Source: Octopus bimaculoides
Taxonomy: Eukaryota
Assembly: GCF_001194135.2 (NCBI RefSeq)
Contig: NW_026305254.1
Coordinates: forward strand, 43,086-83,113
Direction: 5' to 3'
Length of the DNA: 40,028 nucleotides
Shown here piece by piece: positions 1 to 11,308 of this stretch. The position numbers and the translations under genes were made by a program. The notes under the pieces are model-generated. The model did not search any database, was not told the DNA's origin, and saw only the letters and a list, made by a program, of their open reading frames with translations. The first letter of the stretch is position 1, and each line of letters begins with the position of its first letter.

Positions 1-260
1 CAGGTATATATAATGTCTCACCTGTTCTTCACTAGAAATGTCCTCCACTCAATATATTCACAACACAAACAGCCGACAAATTGTTGTCAATCCTTTCCTG
101 CCTCAGCAAACGCCAACAGACCTCGTTCCTCGTCGTTAACGGACCCAAACGGTCCACGTTCGATCGCAGCACACAGATATCGGTCCTTCTCTGTGCCGTG
201 GGGGTTGGTTGGCCGGTTGTCATGGAAGTAAGCGGAGGGGGAGGGGTTGAGCAGGAGGTA
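1..260. promoter_or_regulatory. Candidate promoter / first-exon region, possibly bidirectional
   Basis: CpG-rich unique sequence. Minus-strand donor CAG|GTGAGA (intron starts at 21). Plus-strand donors GAA|GTAAGC (228) and GAG|GTAAAG (258). Lies upstream of the acceptor at 2743 of the plus-strand gene. Confidence 0.3.
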
Positions 261-472
261 AAGTTTAGACGGGAGTTGGAGAAGGCGGCGAGAAAGACAA
301 AGAGCAACGAGAGAGGGCGAGTGGGAGATTGAGGAAAAGAAAGAGGAGGTCGATGCGTTGGAGGTGGAGGGTTACGTACGAGAAAGAGAAGGAAGGGGGA
401 GAGTGGAGTAGGAGTAAGTAGGGGGAAGAGTAGAAGGAGAAAGTAATGAGCAATGGTTGCTATTAGTTACTG

Positions 473-520
<48 letters not shown>

Positions 521-2063
521 CACATATGTATGTGTATGTCCGAGAGTTTCGTGCGTTGGCACTTACGCCTTATATTATGTGTGTGTGTAGTTATGTATGC
601 TAATTTCTGATGTGTGTTTGTGTCTCTGTTCTGCGTTTGTCCGTGAGCGCGTGCGCACACATGTGTATGTGTGTGTGCGTGTGTGTATGCTTGTGTGCGT
701 TTAAATGTTTGTGCGCGTGTTTAGCGTCTGTGTGTATCCACAGGTGTGTGTATGTGCGTGTATATATCTAGGTGTGTCTATGCGAGCTTGTATGTATGTG
801 TTTGGTTATATGTACGTGTGTGTGGGCGAGGAAGCTTAATAGCTGTATCTGTGTACGTATGTGTATGTCTGCATATGTGTGTAAGTGTGAACTTGCGTTC
901 GTTGGTGTATGTGCAGACGAGGTGGGGTGGGGGTGTACGTGTGTGTGTCTGAGCACGCGCGTACTTGTGTATGTGTGCATGAATATGTGTACATGTGAAT
1001 GTGCGTTCATGCGTGTGTGTGTGTGTGATTGTGTGCGTGTCTGTGTGCGGTTGTGTGGAGAGGTAGGGTGTCTACGTATGAGTACGTTCGTGTATGAGGA
1101 TGCGTGTGACCATGCGTACGCATCTACGTGCTTGTTATTATGATTGTGTGCGTTCGTCCAACTATATGTTTTTTCTATGCGTCTGTGTGTGTGTGTGTGT
1201 GCGTGCGTGCTAGAAATGTTTTCCACAGTTGCTCCTAGTTACGACGCATGCGCCTTGAGCGCCATCTCTTTCCTTAAATAAAAAAATAAATAAATAAAAT
1301 AAAATAACATGTCTGCTCTCTCTCCAATTTTTCCCAAAGTTGTTGAGACTCGTTACATTTTACAGTTTATATTCTCCATTACCACCTTCGAAATTTAAGC
1401 GAAACTATAGCCCGTTCTTCCATCTAAATAATTCAATGGATTATTTGTCGAAGAAAGTGTCTAGAAAATTTGATAATCTTGGTTTAAGATAAGGTGGTNN
1501 NNNNNNNNNNNNNNNNNNNNNNNNNNNNNNNNNNNNNNNNNNNNNNNNNNNNNNNNNNNNNNNNNNNNNNNNNNNNNNNNNNNNNNNNNNNNNNNNNNNN
1601 NNNNNNNNNNNNNNNNNNNNNNNNNNNNNNNNNNNNNNNNNNNNNNNNNNNNNNNNNNNNNNNNNNNNNNNNNNNNNNNNNNNNNNNNNNNNNNNNNNNN
1701 NNNNNNNNNNNNNNNNNNNNNNNNNNNNNNNNNNNNNNNNNNNNNNNNNNNNNNNNNNNNNNNNNNNNNNNNNNNNNNNNNNNNNNNNNNNNNNNNNNNN
1801 NNNNNNNNNNNNNNNNNNNNNNNNNNNNNNNNNNNNNNNNNNNNNNNNNNNNNNNNNNNNNNNNNNNNNNNNNNNNNNNNNNNNNNNNNNNNNNNNNNNN
1901 NNNNNNNNNNNNNNNNNNNNNNNNNNNNNNNNNNNNNNNNNNNNNNNNNNNNNNCATATGTGTGTGTGTGTATATATATATATATATCCATGTATATATA
2001 CACGTATATATATATATCAGTGCGTTTATTCTATTGTGGTAAGATACTGAATTTTCCTTTATT

Positions 2064-2100
<37 letters not shown>

Positions 2101-2758
2101 CTTTTTTTTAAGGTTCTTCTATCTTGTACTTGACTGTGGTCATGCTGGAGCACCGCCTTCGAAGAAATGTTTCAGTCGAATATTATTGTTTTTTTCTCTC
2201 TTTTTTTTTCAAAACCTGGTACATATTGTGTCGGTCTCTTTTGCTGAACCGCTAAGCATCCCTCGTCTCCCCATCCTGCTATCTAAAAGTGAAAATGAAC
2301 ACCTTGCAAATATGAAAGAGACAACTGTCCTAATGTGAACAGAATTGAGGGTTCAAACCATTCTTCTTGCCAGCAATTAAGAATATGAAGACTGTGAAAG
2401 CCCCTTGACCACCAGGAATTATTTCTAAAGTGCATAAAATATGTGGCATATTAGGATACGGCCTAAATTTGGGGGTGAGATGGGGAATTTCAGAAAATTC
2501 ACCAGAGTCCCCTTCAATTCGAAATAACTTCCAAGAAAATGAATATTTTTTAATGAAATGGACTTGTTCTTAAACACCCATGAGTAGGGAACTGTTCTCA
2601 AAAATAACCCTCAATTGTACTTGTGTTACATTTCCCCCTCAGTTACAGCCCCAGGGTGATGCTTATACCATTTGACAATAATGCCAACCTATTAACCAGT
2701 GTAGATATTGGCCAACTCTGTCATGTCTTATTATTATTATCAGGTGTTATGAAACTAA

Positions 2759-2852
2759 ATGGGAACTAGATACACAAAGAAGCAAGCGCTGAGAAAGAAG
2801 CATCTCTTACCTGCATCACTACGCAACAAGATACGAGAATCTACTCTTCAAG
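2759..2852 (+). CDS. PRR19-like coding exon 1 (MGTRYTKKQALRKKHLLPASLRNKIRESTLQ)
   Basis: Acceptor ttatcag at 2743; in-frame TAA directly before ATG 2759; donor CAAG|gtgagg; ends phase 1. Confidence 0.7.
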
Positions 2853-4736
2853 GTGAGGAAAATACGATGATAATAAGAATGGTTTGTGATTGATTTAAAT
2901 AAGAATTAGTATAAGTTCTCTTTGGGGACCCCAAATACCACAAACAACTGTGAAACCTCAAATATCCTGTTGTCTTTTCCCTTTCAATGTTTTTCCCCAG
3001 TTTTTCGAGATCGGCTGAAATCTCCAGGGAAAGGTGGTGCTCTTTTGGTTGGAAACAGCACAAACCAAGCTGAAGACTGTTTGGTGTCCTCGGCACCAAC
3101 AGCGAAAGATAACTCTTCATCCCCTGTTCCATGCTCTGTAGAGGACCCCATACCCCAAGAATCAGTCAATAATTCCGACTCCAGTCTACAGTCAATGGCC
3201 AAGAGGAAACGTGTTCGAGTAAAGAGGAAGAATTTACAGAGAAACCAATATAAGGTTGGTGCTGGAGCTTTTCAGAATTATTTTGACCATTTAGTATATT
3301 CAAATTACTGCTTGAGAAGAAGACCCATTAAGCCGAGAAAAATTGCATTTGTGGTAGATACAGGGGTCACGCGAATGGAGCTGGATTTTCTATGGGGAGC
3401 ATGCCCTTGCTTACCCCCAACCTCAGTTTCTAGATATGAGTGGTCCTGAGACCTCTACCACAATTTTTAAGAAATGTAGTGGAAAACTAGCTCAGAAAGG
3501 CAGGGACGCTACTCTCTGAGACCCCTTTCAGAGCCCCCACCGTTATATCATAACAACAGCAACCATACCTTTATTCATTTGTGTCATTAATTAATTATTT
3601 TCTCATTCTTGTTCTCTTTATTTTCAGAACACTGGATGCTTAAAGAAATACATCTCTGTAAGTGCTCCACTCCCTGTTTTACTTGAGCAATTTTTCAATA
3701 AGTTTACTTCTATATTTGTTGTGTTTCAAAGGGTTTGCATTCTTTCAAGGGGGCTTAAGGGTTTTGCACTGTTTTAAGGACTATCAAGGAGTTTGCAAAG
3801 CTTTAAAGGGTTTCATGGAGTTTACATTGTTTTAATGAGTTTGAGGGGTTTGTAATGTTTTAAGGGGTCTCGAGAAGTTTGCAAACCTTTAAGAGGTTTC
3901 TAGGGGTTTTCATTGTGTTAAGAGCAAGCTGGGTGCTCTTGCAAATGCCAGACACTTTACAGTGTCCCCAGTGCTGTTTGTGATTGAATATTGATCTGGT
4001 TGAATACGATTTCTCTCTTTTCTCAGCAAATGACTAAGATTAACAACATGGTTTCGTGCAACACAGCGTCACGACGGATCAGGTCCCCTGAAAAGAAGAT
4101 CAGCATAATCGCTGAGAATCGAATCACGGTGAATACTTGATCAATACTTTGTTAAGGTTTCATTAATTTGAGTTGTTTAAAATTAACGAGTCACATGTAT
4201 GTGGTTCAGAAGTTGGCCTCTCATCCGCACGTCACAAATGTTAATAATTACACCTGTTTTGAGTACCATTTCAGTTTCTTTTTGTTGTTTTTCCTATATA
4301 CAAGGACCACTTTGTGTCCAATATATACAATGCCCAATGCGTCCTTCCTGTTTTAAGTAGGGCTGTTGTGATTTGAGGGAATTTAGCTGCTATTTCTAGC
4401 AAGTTAAAGTCATTGCATAGTGGCTCCTTTCCTATGTTGGTTCACTCCTTTTGTTTACTGCTGTTGTTGTTGTAATAATTAATCTTGCTGTTGTTCTCTT
4501 CTAGAAATACCTGGGTATCTTCAACAGAGGAAGGAAATCGGAGAGGATTGCACGCGGTAATTATCCGCTTCTCAATTTATTGTTGTTGTTGTTGTTGTTG
4601 TTATTGTTGAGGCAGTGAAGGCAGAATCGTTAGCACACTGGATTAATTGCTAAGTGGTATTTTCTCTGTCTTCATGCTCTGAACTCGGAACTATGTGGTC
4701 AGGAAGCAAGCTTCTTACCACACAGCCACTCCAGCA

Positions 4737-4813
<77 letters not shown>

Positions 4814-7800
4814 GTATGTGTGTGTGTATGTGAGTGTGTGTCTGTGTGTGTGTGTGTGTGTGTGTGTACATGCAAACCCATGTTTGTTTATTTCTGGCCC
4901 TTTCTTTCTTCAGTTTATCCGCCGATACCAAAGTCTGTCCAAGACAAAGCTGACTCTGATCTCAAGAAGATTCTCAACATCACTTCCGACTCACAGGATG
5001 TCATCACCATCACAGAGAGCGATGGCAGTGGCCGGCATGGTTACCATGGTAACAGAGAGATGAGTCAGGGGTGAGTTGATACACATACCTCCACCTCACG
5101 CTTACACATAGAATCACACATACGTACCTTTTAGTCTTTTACTTGTCTGCGGCCATGCTGGGGCAATGCTTTGCAAAATTTTAGTCAAATGAACCAACCC
5201 TGGTACTTACTTTTTTTACTGAACCATTAAGTTGTGGGGATGTAAACATACCAACACCGGTTGCCAAAACAGACTCAGAAGTATGGTGCAGCTTCCCGTC
5301 TGGCCAGCTCCTGTCAAACTGTTCAACCCATGGCAGCATGGAAAGCAGACATAGATACACACATATATATGCACGCGTATATGTATCTATGTAGAAAAGG
5401 GCCTGTTGTCTCAAGTACAATACTCGTCCCTAAATCTAAGGTGATCCATCGGAGACCATCATGTCTTTTTGTATATCTAGAACCTCATTGCCCAATGAGT
5501 CCTTCATTTTCTTCTTTTTAAACAGTAGGATGTCCTTTAGGAGATATTTAGTTGCTATTTCTAACAGGTCTGGCCACCATGTAGAGGCCTCCCTCATTGA
5601 TTCATACATATATCCATAGATAAGAGAGTAGGGTGTGATTTGAGGGAGATTTGGTTGCTATTTCTAGCAGGTCTAGCTACCATGTAGAGGCCTCCCTCAT
5701 TGGCTCATACATATATCCATAGATAAGAGAGTAGGGTGTGATTTGAGGGAGATTTGGCTGCTATTTCTAGCAGTTGAATATCTTGCTTCATGCATTCAAC
5801 TCTTATTCCATTCTTTTGTTGACTTTTCAGTGCCATGACAATCCAGTTTGCCCAGAAAGCCATGACGCCCACCACTGAGGGTGCAACTAATACCTCCAAT
5901 CATTTACCCGAAGAGAAAAATGATTTACCACAGGTAAATACTATAGTTGTTGTTTAACCCTGGGTCAGTCCTGATCCAGGCAGACCAATGACGTTCCACC
6001 TGTAACCACCCCATCTTTTATTCAGGAATAGTGTATCTAGGACTACATTATGCAGTGTGTGTATATATATTTGTGTGTCACAGAATCTCTCAAAACATCA
6101 ATATTTAAGCATTGCAACATGGTGAGCTGTCAGAATCATTACTGCCTTCCAAATGTTCTGAGTTCAAATTCCACCCAGGCCAACTTTACTTTTCATCCTC
6201 TTGGGGTTGACAAAATAAGTACCTGCTTAACACTGGAGTCGATACAATTGATTTACCTCCCTCCCAAAATTGCTGGCTTGGTGCTAAAATTTGAAATCAA
6301 TATTTAGCCCTTTAGCATTTAAAGTGGCCCTCTCCGGCCCAAATATTCTATCTGTTTTATGTTCACCCCTACCCAACAATATGTACCTATTCTTTAGCAA
6401 GACATCTGTTTCTGCCTCTCCGTCACACTCTAACCTTTCGTCATCTGACACAAAACCACCTCCTCCAATGCCCCCTGCCCTCTCAAAGGATCTTTGTGAC
6501 CCTGCCAGTGCTGGTGCCACTTCAAAAGCATCCAGTCTACACTGTGAAGTGGTTGGTGTTTGGAAGGGCATCCAGCTGTAAAAACCTTGCCAAAACTGAC
6601 CTTGCCTGTGCTTGTGCCATGTCAAAAGCCCTCAGTCGACTCTGCAGAGTGGTTGGGGCTGGGAAGGGAATCCAGCCGAAAACCCTATGCTAAAACAGAA
6701 GCCTGGTGCAGTCTTTTAACTAGCCAGCTCCTGTCAAACCATCCAACCCATGCCAGCATGGAAGGCAGACGCTAAACGTTGATGAAGACGACAACACAGG
6801 TATATATATGTATGTATGTTTATTAACCTATCTGCTCTAAATTACAGCAAACACCATACAAAGAAGTTGCCCAAGATCTCCTCTCAACACTCCATGAGAA
6901 AAAGAAACTTTTCAATCAAGGTAAATCAACGCCATGATACTTCAGAGATTATTTACCATTCTGCCAACAGAGTATGCCTGCTATTTCAAGCAGCATTGAA
7001 TTAATATATTTTACATTTAACAGAGTAATCAGAATGCTCTAAACAGTTATACATACATATTCAGACATGTATATAAATAAATATATATGAAAGAAGCATT
7101 GTTTTATATTTCTAGACCTCCGACTCACCATCTCCACCCAACTGTACAACCTTCTGAGGCAAAGGTTAGTGAAAATCTTTTATCTTTATCAAACTTTCCC
7201 ATCAATAGTTAACAGTAGTCCCCGTTTTTAAATATAGCTTACGACAGCAACCCTTACATTTGCAGAACTGGAAAGATTCCCATAAAAGAGCTCTAATTAT
7301 TGTAGCTGTTGTATTAAGGTCATGTGATTATATGGAAGCTCTCTCATGAGTTTACGTGGTCCCTATTTTGAAGGCAGAAGGGAGTTTGTTGAGGAGACAT
7401 TTTTGCTTCTACATTAAGGTCAAGTGACTACATAGAAGCTCTCTCACTGGGTCCTGTGACCCCTAGTGGCTACTTAGAAGTGCACTCACTTGATTACATG
7501 GCCCCTAGCAGCTTCATAAAACTCCCTCACTGATTCATCCGGTCCCTATTTTAAAGCTGATAGGAGTTTTGTTGGGGGTAGAATTCGATTCAGTTGCTAT
7601 GTTAAGCAGCTCAAACATCTCTGTACAAGTTCCCTCATTAGCAGAAAAGGGATTAAAAGTAGATCCGTCATCATTTAATGTCTGCTTTCCATGCTGGCAT
7701 GGGGTGGATGGTTTAACTGAAAAACCGGTAAGCTGGAGAGCTGCACCAGGTTCCAATCTGGCATGGTTTTCTACAGCTGGACACCCTTCTGAATGCCAAC

Positions 7801-8725
7801 CACCCCAAGGGTGTAATGGGTGTTATGTGACACCAGCACTGGCCACGACCACGACTTCACTTGGCCTGACTAACCCTTAAATTTGCAAAACTGGAAGGAT
7901 TCACCTAGAAGCTCTTGTAATTGTGTGTTTGATCCTTATTTTAAAGACGCTATTGAAATTACTGTAAGTTCTGGTGGCTTTGTTGTGATACAACCCCAGG
8001 TTGACCCCGGTTCATATAGGTATCACTGCAATAAATATGATCCACAAATCCAGTCTCCTAGATAAACCGTAATTCCACAAAGTCCACTTTGCCATATTTG
8101 TATGGGTCTGACCCAAGGAAATCTGCTCCATAGAATATTTCCTGACCCAAACAATCTTAGAACATTGACGGTAGTGGTGGGGGAGATGTTTACCTTTTCG
8201 ACTTCATATGTGTCTGTCTGTTTGTCTGTTGCCCTGCCAGCATCCAGCGCAGCCCGGTGTCAAAGCGAGAGACTGCGACAAAGTGCAACAGAACAACCAG
8301 CGAGACAACACCCCCGTCTGCACTCAACAAAGAGAAATCACTGCCATCTTCCACCCAACATGGTAAGTGTAACGGTGTGTGTGTGTGTGGGGGGGGGAAG
8401 AGCCATTGCACAATACACACACACACACATATATATGCATGCATGCACACACACACAGAGCCAATGAGGGAAACCTTTCTGAGTTGGCTACACCTAGAAA
8501 AAGCACAACCTGCTATCTTAAGAAAGAGAATTGAATAATGTAGCTACTCTTTTACTCGTTTCAGTCATTTGACTGTGGCCATGCTGGAGCACCGCCTTTA
8601 GTTGAACAAATTAACTCCAGAACTTATTCTTTTGCAGAACCGCTAAGTTACGGGGACATAAACACACCAACATCGATAGTCAAGCGATGATTGGCAGACA
8701 AACACAGACACGCACAAATATGAAC

Positions 8726-8788
<63 letters not shown>

Positions 8789-11276
8789 AAATCCACTCTC
8801 ACGGTTTTGGTTGACCCAAAGCTATAGTAGAAGACATATCCCAAGGTGCCACATAGTGGGACTGAACCCAGAACCATGTGGTTGGGAAGCAAGCTTCTTA
8901 GCACATGGCCACACCTGTGCCTTACCAAGCAAATCACCTTTTTCTCTTGAATTCCATATATTGGACTGTATTATTTGTTTCTCTGTTGTTATTTATTTAG
9001 GGCACAGTAAAACCCCTGCCCAGAAATCCCCCTGCATTGACCAGATTTTACTGAACGCTTGTCCCCAGGACGATGGCAGATATCTGCTGATGAAAAACGA
9101 CTACGTGATCAAGATCGATGAAAACATGAATGGCAGTAAGAAGAGGATCTATCAGGCCAGCAGCATTTTACCCTCCAGGGACAGACACGAGGATGGCAGC
9201 TCAATGCGTAGCACTGGTAATAACAAGAGTCACTCCTGCTACTTGGACCCCAAGTATGTAAGGACTCAAACCGAATCCTACAAAAGTGTGAAGAGCTCTG
9301 TACCCTGGGACAAAGGGCTGAAGTCAGAGTTTAATGTTCAGAAGATTTGGAAGTCGAAAAAGCTTGTCGCAGACGTCGGTTTGGATTATGAGGTAATTAT
9401 TGTAACGTGTGTCTATGTGTGTGGTTTGGACTATGATATTGTTGGTGTGCGCAGGTGGCCAGTTGGCAGTGTTGTTAGCATGCTGGGTAGAATGTTTGGT
9501 GGTGTTTAGTCCAGTTTTGTGTTCTGAGTTCAAATTCCACTGAAGTCTGCTTTGCCCTTCATCCTTTCGGGGTTGATTAAATAAGTACCAATTAAGCACT
9601 GGGGTTGATTGTAATTGACTTACCCCTCCCCTGAAATCGTTGGCCCTGTGCCAAAATTCAGAATCATCATTATTATTATTATCAAACAATAGTGAACCGG
9701 CAGAATTGTGAGCATGCCAGACATCCTTTTAAGTTGATAAAATAAGTACGAGCTGAGCATTGGGGGGTTGATGTGATCAACTAGTACCCTCAACCCCTAA
9801 ACTGCTAGCCTTGTGCCAAAATTGGAAATCAGTATTGTGTGTCCCAAGATGGTACTTTATTTTACTTTTTATTTTTTACCCCAGTGTGGTCAGAGTTATG
9901 AAGGTATGGAGTCAAGAGAAGGCAGTGGTCACCCTGGACACCAGTGCACAGAGACAGATATTTTCTCTCTCTACCCACAGAAATTCGCAGAAGCAGGCAG
10001 CTACCCAGAGCAGAGTGGCGAGGGAGGCAGCTACCCCTGTCACCTGCACCAACCTACAAAGACAGACAGTTACCCACAGCAGAAATCAGAAGTCAGCAGC
10101 TACCGTTGTCACGTGCACAAGTCTACAGAGGCAGACAGCTACCTACAGCAGTGTACGAAGACAGATGAACACACACATCCCACTCACATAGGGTGTACAG
10201 AGGTAAGCAGCTTCCTGCATTGGTTTGCTAAGGCATGCAGGGATGTAACGAAAAGAAAATTGGACAATGGCTTTGTGGTTTCGAAGCTCTCTTTTACATT
10301 TCATGGTTCCAGGTTCAGTCCCACTGCATGACACCTTGGGCAAGTGGCTTCAGCTATAGCCGCAGGCTGACTGAAGCCTTCTGAGCAGATTTAGTAGATG
10401 GAAACTGAAAGAAGCCCATTGTGTGTGTGTGTGTAAATATATTGGATCAGCCAATACATCTTTCAAACATCACTTCCACAACCATCATTCATTCTTCAGA
10501 GTCCCAGAAAGATGGTTTGTCCCTTCCCCGGCCCACCTAAAAGATCAAGGTGATATCAGGTGGAAAGTAATAGAGCATTCAGGCCCAATATATTAATGGA
10601 AGTGACCATTGCGGAGAGGGCCAAAATCCTCAAGGACTATACTAAACCTGGCGTGTTAAATAGTTGTAAAGAGGTTTTTTCTAAATGTGTCCAATTCAAA
10701 CACTACCTACTGGAAAAAAGGGACCTCCTCGTTTGCTTGTTAGACTTTTCGGGTCTAAAAAAGGGTTGTTTTATCCTTTGGCTCAGGGGAGACAACCCAT
10801 CCTCATTAACACACTTATTGCAGTGCCCTTCAGGTTTTTAAACCCCAGTAAAAGAACTCAACAGACTGGACCTCTAACCCAGACTTTTGCGATACCCTTA
10901 AGGTCAGGAACTTTTCAGCAACCCCCTCGTGTATTTCTGTGTGTATAAGGATTCAGTTGTGTGAACTATAATACATCCATGGGCCTCACTCTGTATAACA
11001 CAAACATGTCTCTTCCTATTGCAGGGGCCTGACTTCCTACAATATCTCGAACAGACCAGCCAAGGGACCATATCACCAGAGAGCATTGCCACGACAGTCA
11101 ACTACCAACTCCCGAAATTAAAATGGAACACCACAATATTCAAGGCTCCCACACCAGATTCAGACTTGTCCCCTTTCTGGCTGTCAGAGCCCTCTCTTCC
11201 CCCTTTACCTACAAAACCCTCTTTAGACAACGTGGTCAGTCCTCCAGGTAAACTCTACCCGAGGAAGCTGTATTGA
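2759..11276 (+). CDS. PRR19: Spliced 13-coding-exon gene, 633 aa, putative PRR19 (proline-rich 19)-like meiotic crossover factor
   Basis: All 12 introns are GT-AG with polypyrimidine tracts, and the phases chain without a stop (1902 nt including TGA). Motifs RVRVKRKNLQRN, KISIIAENRITKYLGIFNRGRKSERIARV, SPFW and terminal SPPGKLYPRKLY* resemble human PRR19 as I recall it ([59 protein letters not shown]). The gene model is well supported; the name is from memory and unverified. Confidence 0.65.
3001..3254 (+). CDS. PRR19-like coding exon 2 (VFRDRLKSP...KRKRVRVKRKNLQRNQYK)
   Basis: Acceptor tttttccccag|, donor AAG|gttggt; phase 1 to 0; part of track ORF 2922..3449. Confidence 0.8.
3628..3657 (+). 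CDS. PRR19-like coding exon 3, 30-nt microexon (NTGCLKKYIS)
   Basis: Long pyrimidine tract ending ttttcag|, donor TCT|gtaagt; phase 0 to 0. Confidence 0.7.
3728..3925. repeat. Degenerate minisatellite, unit about 29-30 bp, about 7 copies
   Basis: Recurrent (a/g)gtttgca...tttaagg...agg units in intron 3. Confidence 0.6.
4027..4128 (+). CDS. PRR19-like coding exon 4 (QMTKINN...KKISIIAENRIT)
   Basis: Acceptor ttctctcttttctcag|, donor ACG|gtgaat; only the phase-0 frame is open. Confidence 0.85.
4505..4556 (+). CDS. PRR19-like coding exon 5 (KYLGIFNRGRKSERIAR)
   Basis: Acceptor ttctcttctag|, donor GCG|gtaatt; phase 0 to 1; carries the core conserved motif. Confidence 0.85.
4914..5070 (+). CDS. 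PRR19-like coding exon 6 (VYPPIPKSVQDKADSDLKKILN...EMSQ)
   Basis: Acceptor tttctttcttcag|, donor GGG|gtgagt; phase 1 to 2; frame of track ORF 4820..5074. Confidence 0.85.
5540..5772. repeat. Tandem duplication with 103-bp period of an interspersed-repeat segment
   Basis: catgtagaggcctccctcattg at 5578 and 5681; tagggtgtgatttgagggagatttgg(t/c)tgctatttctagcag repeated; related sequence near 4358-4400. Confidence 0.8.
5831..5933 (+). CDS. PRR19-like coding exon 7 (GAMTIQFAQK...KNDLPQ)
   Basis: Acceptor gacttttcag|, donor CAG|gtaaat; phase 2 to 0. Confidence 0.8.
6150..6300 (+). mobile_element. SINE-like interspersed repeat (ttctgagttcaaattcc...gactttgcctttcatcc family)
   Basis: Homologous copies at about 9520-9665, 11445-11540, 20385-20560, 20590-20760 and 37530-37590; gagttcaaattcc resembles a Pol III B-box. 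Confidence 0.65.
6848..6920 (+). CDS. PRR19-like coding exon 8 (QTPYKEVAQDLLSTLHEKKKLFNQ)
   Basis: Acceptor aattacag|, donor AAG|gtaaat; phase 0 to 1; amphipathic-helix pattern. Confidence 0.8.
7116..7164 (+). CDS. PRR19-like coding exon 9 (DLRLTISTQLYNLLRQ)
   Basis: Acceptor ttttatatttctag|, donor AAG|gttagt; phase 1 to 2; bridges the phases of exons 8 and 10. Confidence 0.8.
8241..8362 (+). CDS. PRR19-like coding exon 10 (SIQRSPVSKRETATK...PSSTQH)
   Basis: Acceptor gccctgccag|, donor ATG|gtaagt; phase 2 to 1. Confidence 0.8.
8545..8720 (+). mobile_element. SINE-like interspersed repeat (tttcagtcatttgactgtggccatgctggagcaccgcc family)
   Basis: Homologous copies at about 2128-2260, 5130-5260, 14150-14235, 20935-21070, 30285-30470 and 34790-34850, and inverted at about 26780-26915 and 36850-37050. 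Confidence 0.7.
9001..9392 (+). CDS. PRR19-like coding exon 11 (GHSKTPAQKSP...VADVGLDYE)
   Basis: Acceptor atttatttag|, donor GAG|gtaatt; phase 1 to 0; core of track ORF 8811..9509. Confidence 0.85.
9981..10202 (+). CDS. PRR19-like coding exon 12 (KFAEAGSYPEQ...HIGCTE), with internal 69-nt duplication
   Basis: Acceptor ttttctctctctacccacag|, donor GAG|gtaagc; phase 0 to 0; frame of track ORF 9813..10331. Confidence 0.8.
11025..11276 (+). CDS. PRR19-like last coding exon (GPDFLQYL...SPFWLSEPSLPPLP...SPPGKLYPRKLY*)
   Basis: Acceptor tctcttcctattgcag|; phase 0; TGA at 11274-11276; AATAAA about 30 nt downstream. Confidence 0.85.
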   Translation, partial: GPDFLQYLEQTSQGTISPESIATTVNYQLPKLKWNTTIFKAPTPDSDLSPFWLSEPSLPPLPTKPSLDNVVSPPGKLYPRKLY

Positions 11277-11308
11277 TGTTGGCCTGGGGTCTGGGCAGAT
11301 GGTTTGTA

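Noticed and set aside
463-1226. ORFs rich in CV/YI/HT here and at many other places (13305-13837, 23561-24311, 34503-34940)
   Set aside because: Translations of (TG)n, (TA)n and (CA)n microsatellites; no protein signal.
2922-3449. Stand-alone 175-aa protein
   Set aside because: Only 3001..3254 is exonic; the flanks are intron, and the 3' part overlaps an interspersed repeat.
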